Positions 57,964 through 64,000 of a stretch of DNA of 64,000 nt are shown piece after piece; within the stretch, counting starts at the first letter, position 1; every line of letters starts with the position of its first letter. A model generated the notes under the pieces. It did no database searches, had not been told where the DNA came from, and was given only the letters and a program-made list of their open reading frames with translations. This DNA is from Candidatus Latescibacterota bacterium (GTDB taxonomy: Bacteria > Latescibacterota > UBA2968 > GCA-2709665), in NCBI GenBank assembly GCA_963662665.2, contig CAXXJS010000031.1:80583-144582 (forward strand), in the 5' to 3' direction. The translations under genes and the position numbers were made by a program.

Positions 57964-58869
57964 CTGTTTGTTCCACCATATATTCAACGCGGCGACCTGA
58001 TCGGGATCGTGTCGCCCTCCGGATCGTTTGAAAGGGAACGTCTGCTTCCGGGGCTGACATACCTGCGGAATCGGGGATACCGGGTACGCGTCGGTTCGGC
58101 GGTCTATGATCGGGACCGGTACCTCGCGGGACACGATCTCGCCAGGGCGACCGATTTGAACGCGATGTTCGACGACCCCGAGGTCCGCGCCATCTTTACG
58201 TCCCGTGGTGGATTCGGGGCCGCGCGCGTGCTGGGGTCTCTTGACTATGTGGCAATCCGGAAATATCCGAAGCCCCTGGTGGGGTTCAGCGACACGACCG
58301 CGCTGCAATTGGGAATTTACAGGCGTACTGAAATGGTGAGCTATACCGGCGTGACGCTGTGCGGGGACGTTACCGAGTCGGGAATGCCGGCACCAACGGA
58401 AACATCGCTGTGGGACGCGCTCACAACGGGGCGCTTTGAGGCGATGGCGGGCGTCATGCCGCTGCGGGGAACTCGCGCGGAAGGAAGGTTGTTGGGCGGC
58501 TGTCTTTCTGTAATCGCGTCGCTCGTTGGGACCGGCCAGTTGCCGGATACCCGCGGTACGCTGCTGTTTCTGGAAGACGTGAACGAGGCCCCGTACCGGG
58601 TGGACCGCATGCTGACCCAACTCCGGATGGCGGGTGTGTTCGAGCGGGCCGCCGGTGTGGTATTCGGTCAGTTCGAAGGTTGCGAGCCGGAACGGGAAGA
58701 GGAGGGCACCGTGGACGACGTTCTCCGTGATTTTTCTACTACAGTTGCCGTTCCTGTCTTCGATGGACTCCCGTACGGACACGGATCCGAACGCCGCGTC
58801 TTGCCAATCGGGCTTCCGGCTGTCGTGGACGGAAGCCGGGGGACGCTGCAGATCGAGACCGATGGATGA
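57964..58869 (+). CDS. ldcA: LD-carboxypeptidase (S66), probable CTG start
   Basis: PPYIQRGDLIGIVSPSG, RGGFGA, GFSDTT (Ser), FLEDVNE (Glu), PYGHG (His). Confidence 0.88.
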   Translation: MFVPPYIQRGDLIGIVSPSGSFERERLLPGLTYLRNRGYRVRVGSAVYDRDRYLAGHDLARATDLNAMFDDPEVRAIFTSRGGFGAARVLGSLDYVAIRKYPKPLVGFSDTTALQLGIYRRTEMVSYTGVTLCGDVTESGMPAPTETSLWDALTTGRFEAMAGVMPLRGTRAEGRLLGGCLSVIASLVGTGQLPDTRGTLLFLEDVNEAPYRVDRMLTQLRMAGVFERAAGVVFGQFEGCEPEREEEGTVDDVLRDFSTTVAVPVFDGLPYGHGSERRVLPIGLPAVVDGSRGTLQIETDG

Positions 58870-58933
58870 TACCTGACGGCTGAATTCGGTTCGTTTTTTT
58901 TTGGACGGAACACTGCGAAAGGTAATACCGGAG

Positions 58934-59788
58934 ATGTCTGGCTTGCGTCGGTTGACGGCTGTATGCATGGTGGGATCAATGGTGTCCTGCGCGGCGGTGG
59001 GCCGTTTCAATATATTGAGTACGGAGCAGGAAGTCGAGATCGGCCGGCAAACGGCGCAAGAGATCGAGCAGGATCTCAAGCTCTACCACGACACCGTCGT
59101 GACGGCGTACATCAACCGGCTTGGCAGGATGCTTGCGCGGCATTCCCGCCGCTCGAATCTGACATACTATTTCAAGGTTGTGGATACGGATGCCGTAAAC
59201 GCTTTCGCCCTTCCCGGCGGCTGGTTGTACGTGAACAGGGGCCTCATCACAACCGCGGAGAACGAGTCGGAACTGGCGGGGGTAATCAGCCACGAAATCG
59301 GCCACGTGGATGGAAAACACGGCGCCCGGGCGATCAGCAGGCAGTTCGGCGCGGCCGTGATTCTGGACGCCACCCTGAGTGGAGAGGACGGGTCCATGAG
59401 GCGCCGTATGCTCAGGCAGGTCGCTGCGATTTCTACCGGTATGGGACAGTTGAAGTACGGGCGAGACGCCGAGCGTGAAGCAGACCGGTTTGCCGTTGGC
59501 GCAACTTACAAATCGGGCATCGATCCGGATGGAACGGCTACGTTTTTCGAAAAGCTGATGGCGATGCAGAAAGACGAGCCGGGACGGTTCGAGAATTTGT
59601 TTTCCACCCATCCACCCAGCCGGGAGCGGGTGGAGAACGTGCGTGCGCAGATCGAGGGTCTGCCCCCTAGAGCAGGCTTGACCAGGGATTCCCACCGGTT
59701 CCAGGCAATAAAAGAGAGAATCCTTGAACGCGAACGGACACGCCGCGGGAATAAAGCGGGTGTGAAGCAAAGACGACGGAGACGATAG
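58934..59788 (+). CDS. M48 family metallopeptidase, probable lipoprotein
   Basis: VNAFALPGG, ELAGVISHEIGH, AEREADR, FSTHPPS; MVSC lipobox-like sequence. Confidence 0.9.
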   Translation: MSGLRRLTAVCMVGSMVSCAAVGRFNILSTEQEVEIGRQTAQEIEQDLKLYHDTVVTAYINRLGRMLARHSRRSNLTYYFKVVDTDAVNAFALPGGWLYVNRGLITTAENESELAGVISHEIGHVDGKHGARAISRQFGAAVILDATLSGEDGSMRRRMLRQVAAISTGMGQLKYGRDAEREADRFAVGATYKSGIDPDGTATFFEKLMAMQKDEPGRFENLFSTHPPSRERVENVRAQIEGLPPRAGLTRDSHRFQAIKERILERERTRRGNKAGVKQRRRRR

Positions 59789-59815
59789 AAAAATGATCCA
59801 CAGCAGGCGCCGGTT

Positions 59816-61096
59816 CTATTGCCGAAGCGCGTCCAGGCATTGAAAGTACGACGGAAAGGTCTTGTTAACGCAGGCCGGATCCCGTATTGCGATACCCGCC
59901 GCTTTCAGGCCGATCAACGCCATGCTCATGGCCATGCGGTGATCGTCGTAGGTGTCGAGTTCGGCCGGGCGCAAGCGCGCGGCGGGATGAACGGTCAGTG
60001 CATCGGGCCGGGCGACGGCGCGAACCCCAAGCCTGGTCAGTTCGGCCACGACAGCGGCGATGCGGTCGGTTTCCTTGATGCGCAGATTTGCGATGTTGCG
60101 CACGGTGACCGGCTCCGAGGCGAACGGTGCGAGTGCACAAAGGGTCTGAACGACGTCCGGCATGGCGTTCATGTCCACGTCGATGCCGGAGAGCCGTTCA
60201 GGGCCGCGGACTTCGATTCCGTCGGGCCGCTTGCTCACGGCGCAGCCCATTCGGCTCAGAACATCCACGAATCCAATGTCGCCCTGTACGGATTCCGGGG
60301 ATAGGTTGCGAACTTTGATCCGGCCGCCGGTCAATGCCGCCGCGGCGAAAAAATAGGATGCGTTGGAAGCGTCGGGCTCGATGGCATACTCAGCAGGCGT
60401 ATAACGCTGCCCCGCTTTCACGCGGAAGACGTTTTCGGGTTCCGCGGCGACGCTTACGCCGAAATCGCGCATGATGCGGGCAGTCATGTCGATGTAGGGT
60501 CTGGATACCAGTGCGCCGGTAACGCGGATCTCGACGTCCTTTCGCGCATAGGGCGCAACCAGAAGGAGAGCCGTGAGATATTGGCTGCTTCTGTCTCCCG
60601 GAATCTGCGTGCGCCCGCCTTCGAGTCCGGACGCACGGACAACAACCGGAGGACAGCCGTTGTCTGAGATGCTGCGGGCGTGAACCCCGAGAGGAAGAAG
60701 GCTGTCGATCAGATCCTGGATCGGGCGTTCTCTCATTCGGGGGACGCCGTCCAGCGTGTAGTTACCGCTGCCCAGGCCGAGATATGCGGTGAGAAACCGG
60801 AACGTAGTACCTGAGTTGCCCACGAAGAGCTTAGCGTTCGAGACGGGAATACGGCCTCCAGCGCCGTCGATGGTGAAGGAATTCTCCCTTCCTGCCTGGA
60901 TGTCCACGCCGAGGGCCGTAAGCGCGCCGGCCATATACCGGGTGTCATCGCTTTGAAGTGCGCCGGTAAGACAACTCCTGCCGTCAGCCAGCGCCGCGAT
61001 CAACAGCGCACGGTTGGTGAAGGACTTGGAGCCGGGCACCGACACGTCGGCATCAACGGGCCGGCGGAACGGCTGGATCTCCATAAGTTCGGACAT
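59816..61096 (-). CDS. aroA: 3-phosphoshikimate 1-carboxyvinyltransferase (EPSP synthase)
   Basis: VPGSKSFTNR, GNSGTTFR, RERP, SSQYLT, EPDAS, LRIKETDR, DDHRMAM, KTFP. Confidence 0.95.
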   Translation of the reverse strand: MSELMEIQPFRRPVDADVSVPGSKSFTNRALLIAALADGRSCLTGALQSDDTRYMAGALTALGVDIQAGRENSFTIDGAGGRIPVSNAKLFVGNSGTTFRFLTAYLGLGSGNYTLDGVPRMRERPIQDLIDSLLPLGVHARSISDNGCPPVVVRASGLEGGRTQIPGDRSSQYLTALLLVAPYARKDVEIRVTGALVSRPYIDMTARIMRDFGVSVAAEPENVFRVKAGQRYTPAEYAIEPDASNASYFFAAAALTGGRIKVRNLSPESVQGDIGFVDVLSRMGCAVSKRPDGIEVRGPERLSGIDVDMNAMPDVVQTLCALAPFASEPVTVRNIANLRIKETDRIAAVVAELTRLGVRAVARPDALTVHPAARLRPAELDTYDDHRMAMSMALIGLKAAGIAIRDPACVNKTFPSYFQCLDALRQ

Positions 61097-61383
61097 AAAA
61101 AAGGATTCCTGAATCAGCGACGGGAGTCGTGGCGCCTCATTCCGGTTTGATTTAAGGTAACGGAAAGGCGTAGGAAGTTCAATTGAAAAACGCCATCGAA
61201 ACGCCGGCGCAACGCACAATAACCGGAAACTTCATGGGCCGGTACCGGCGATTTTTCGAGACGGAAGGTGTCAGTCCCGGTTCGCGCCAGTCCTTTTTAT
61301 CGTGTACGGAATGAACGACCTGTCCGTCGTTCACGCTGTTTTTTCCCGACGGTCTCCGGCCATCCAGCCTGTCAATCTCCCGC

Positions 61384-61412
61384 TTGACATTTGGTTCGAC
61401 CGGAAGTAAGAT
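61384..61412 (+). promoter_or_regulatory. sigma70-type promoter for dnaE
   Basis: TTGACA, 17-nt spacer, TAAGAT. Confidence 0.6.
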
Positions 61413-61566
61413 TATACCACTTTGAGATTTGCATACGCGCCGCGCCACTGACGCCCGCGAGTATAGATTTCTTCCGCTCCCCCTCACATATTCCCCGCTT
61501 TCCCCAGGCGGCATTTTTCATTCCTGAAGAAGACCCGTCCAACCGTCACACCCGGAGAATCTCACG

Positions 61567-64000
61567 GTGGCCGAATTCGTGCATCTCCATAGCCACAGCA
61601 TGTACAGCCTGCTGGACGGCGCTTGCAAAATCGACAATCTGGCGGAAAGGGCAGCCGAGTGGGGTATGCCCGCTGCCGCCATTACCGACCACGGCAATCT
61701 CTTTGGAGCCGTGGATTTTTACAGGGCGATGAAAGAATCGGGCGTCAAGCCAATCATCGGGTGCGAGGTCTATTGTGCGATCGGAAGCCGGTTCGAAAAG
61801 AAACCGGCACGGGGCATCCCAAGCGGGTCAAACCACCTGGTACTGCTGGCGAAAGACACACGCGGGTATTACAACCTGGTAAAACTGGTCTCCGCCGGCT
61901 ACATGGAGGGGTTCTACTATCATCCCAGAATCGACAAGGAACTGTTGCGGGAACATTCGGAGGGTCTGGTCTGCCTGTCGGGATGCCTGAGCGGCGAAGT
62001 ACCTCATCTGATCGAGCGCGAGGGCGTAGCCTCCGCGACGTCCGCGGTGGAGGAATATCTCGAAATATTCGGTGATGACTATTACCTGGAAATCCAGAGA
62101 CATGGCATCGATAGAGAGCCCAGAATCAACGACGGCCTGTTGCGGCTTCATAGTGAAATGGGGGTACCGCTCGTGGCCACGAACGACTCCCACTTTCTGG
62201 GAGCGGACGATCACGAAGCCCACGCCGTTCTCGTGGCTCTGCAGACCGGGAAGACCCTTAACGATCCCGGCCGGATGTGTTATCCGACGGACGTATACTT
62301 CAAGTCAGCCGATGAAATGCACACGCTCTTTGCGGATATGCCGCATGCCGTGGAGCGGACGCTGGAGATAGCCGAAAAGAGCAATATAGAACTCGCGTTC
62401 GGAGACTATCTTCCGCCCGAGTTTCCATTGCCGGCGGAGTTCGAGTCGGCCGACGAATATCTCAAGCATCTCGCCAGGGCGGGTCTCGAAAGACGATTCG
62501 ATTCAATTTCGCCGGACTTGCACAAGCGGCTGGAATTCGAACTGGACCTGATTGTAGGCAAGGGGCTCGCCGGATATTTCCTCATCGTATGGGACTACGT
62601 CAACTACGCAAAAGGGCACGGAATCTCGGTGGGGCCGGGCCGTGGCTCCTGCGCCGGAAGCCTTGCGGCGTATGCGCTCCGGATCACCGACCTGGATCCG
62701 ATAAAGTACAATTTGCTGTTCGAGCGGTTTCTTAACCCCGAACGCGTGAGCCTGCCCGACATCGATATCGATTTTTCAGACAAGAAACGCGACCACGTGA
62801 TTAAATACGTATCCGAAAAGTACGGCCAACGCAATGTCTGCCAGATTATCACGTTCGGAACCCTGAAGGCAAAGGCGGCAATCAGGGACGTGGGCCGCGT
62901 ACATGATATGTCGTTCGGCGAGGTCGACCGGATAGCCAAGCTGGTGCCCAACGACTTGAAGATGACGCTCGACAAGGCGATCCAGCAGGTTCCGGAATTG
63001 AAACAGATGGCCGAAGGCGGTGGGCCGGAGGCGCAACTCATCAGGCATGCGAAGGCGCTGGAAGGACTTGCCCGGCACGCATCCGTACATGCCGCAGCGG
63101 TAATTATCGCACCTGACAATCTGACGAATTTCGTGCCGCTTTATAAAGCCCCGAAAGACGGAAAAGTGACCACCCAGTTCGACGGACCGACCTGTGAGGA
63201 TATCGGGCTTCTGAAAATGGACTTCCTGGGGCTCAAGGAACTCTCGCTTGCCGACGAAACGGTGGATCTGATCAAGAAAAAGGAACCTGCGTTTGACCTG
63301 ACAAGAATCCCTGAAGACGACAAGAAAACCCTGGATCTGTTCGGGCGCGGCGAAACCGTGGGCGTGTTCCAGTTTGAAAGCCCGGGAATGCGCGAATATC
63401 TGGTGCAGCTGAAACCCGATTGCATCGAAGACATCATCGCGATGAACGCCCTCTACCGCCCGGGGCCGATGCAGTATATCCCGAACTTTGTCGCACGCAA
63501 GCACGGAAAGGAAGAGGTGGTCTACGACCATCCGAAAATGGAGCCCATCCTGAAGGATACGTACGGGATCATGGTGTACCAGGAGCAGGTGATGCAGATT
63601 GTGCAGGTCCTGGCCGGCTTCAGCCTCGGCCAGGCCGATATCCTTCGCGACGCAATGGGCAAGAAGAAGCCCGAGGAAATGGCCCGGCAGAAAGACGCAT
63701 TTATCGACGGGTGCAAAACACACGGTGTGGAACTGAAGCTCGCCGGGAAGATCTTCGCAGATATTGAGGTTTTCGCGGGATACGCGTTTCCGAAAGCACA
63801 CGCGGCGGCATATGCGGTGGTTGCTTACCGAAACGCCTACCTCAAGGCGAATTATCCTCAGGAATATATGGCCGCCAGCATGAACGGCGAGATTGGCAAT
63901 ATCGATCGAATGGTGGTTGTGATTGAAGAATGCCGGCGAATGAAGCTGGAGATCCAGCCACCCGACGTGAATACCTCTTACGTGGATTTTGTGGCTGCGG
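61567..64000 (+). CDS. dnaE: DNA polymerase III alpha subunit, runs off the window edge
   Basis: Not in the ORF track. GGAG plus GTG 61567: MAEFVHLHSHSMYSLLDG, AITDHGN, GPGRGS, FERFLNPER..PDIDIDF, KMDFLGL, GVFQFES, LYRPGP, YQEQVM. The same frame holds at the points I checked. Confidence 0.96.
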   Translation, partial: MAEFVHLHSHSMYSLLDGACKIDNLAERAAEWGMPAAAITDHGNLFGAVDFYRAMKESGVKPIIGCEVYCAIGSRFEKKPARGIPSGSNHLVLLAKDTRGYYNLVKLVSAGYMEGFYYHPRIDKELLREHSEGLVCLSGCLSGEVPHLIEREGVASATSAVEEYLEIFGDDYYLEIQRHGIDREPRINDGLLRLHSEMGVPLVATNDSHFLGADDHEAHAVLVALQTGKTLNDPGRMCYPTDVYFKSADEMHTLFADMPHAVERTLEIAEKSNIELAFGDYLPPEFPLPAEFESADEYLKHLARAGLERRFDSISPDLHKRLEFELDLIVGKGLAGYFLIVWDYVNYAKGHGISVGPGRGSCAGSLAAYALRITDLDPIKYNLLFERFLNPERVSLPDIDIDFSDKKRDHVIKYVSEKYGQRNVCQIITFGTLKAKAAIRDVGRVHDMSFGEVDRIAKLVPNDLKMTLDKAIQQVPELKQMAEGGGPEAQLIRHAKALEGLARHASVHAAAVIIAPDNLTNFVPLYKAPKDGKVTTQFDGPTCEDIGLLKMDFLGLKELSLADETVDLIKKKEPAFDLTRIPEDDKKTLDLFGRGETVGVFQFESPGMREYLVQLKPDCIEDIIAMNALYRPGPMQYIPNFVARKHGKEEVVYDHPKMEPILKDTYGIMVYQEQVMQIVQVLAGFSLGQADILRDAMGKKKPEEMARQKDAFIDGCKTHGVELKLAGKIFADIEVFAGYAFPKAHAAAYAVVAYRNAYLKANYPQEYMAASMNGEIGNIDRMVVVIEECRRMKLEIQPPDVNTSYVDFVAA

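Noticed and set aside
1-64000. Long antisense ORFs (e.g. 29085..30500, 57394..59079, 21923..22903); tRNA, rRNA, CRISPR, prophage
   Set aside because: The antisense ORFs mirror well-supported genes in high-GC DNA. I saw no cloverleaf, rRNA, repeat-spacer array or phage gene by eye; a dedicated scan was not possible.

Overview
GC-rich bacterial chromosomal window of about 55 genes. I saw no rRNA, tRNA, CRISPR array, integrase or transposase. Layout: (1) 1-7.5 kb housekeeping and envelope genes: partial rmlB, Ca/Na antiporter, a single ORF fusing Lnt to TatC, bioF-like, trmJ-like. (2) 7.4-17.2 kb co-oriented minus-strand accessory array of small genes (methyltransferases, GNAT, VOC, EamA, cupin, Nif3 pseudogene), with several toxin-antitoxin modules (one decayed) and a nested MITE. 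(3) 17.5-41 kb sugar and amine catabolism: GH106-like hydrolase, four Gfo/Idh/MocA dehydrogenases, class III aminotransferase, M20 deacylase, DASS transporter, epimerase, mutarotase. (4) 41-50.5 kb secreted repeat proteins (tandem FGE domains, HEAT, Vgb plus dockerin-like) and an Fe3+-type ABC system. (5) 50.6-64 kb core genes: rsmD, fused glyQS, murC/mpl-like, ldcA, M48 peptidase, aroA, partial dnaE. The top finding is a 90-aa DUF5069-like gene absent from the ORF track (50605-50877, minus strand). It has an in-frame TGA at the family Cys position followed by a SECIS-like hairpin, making it a candidate new selenoprotein. Next are the Lnt-TatC fusion and a three-copy MITE family. All family assignments come from motif recognition by eye, not from database searches.
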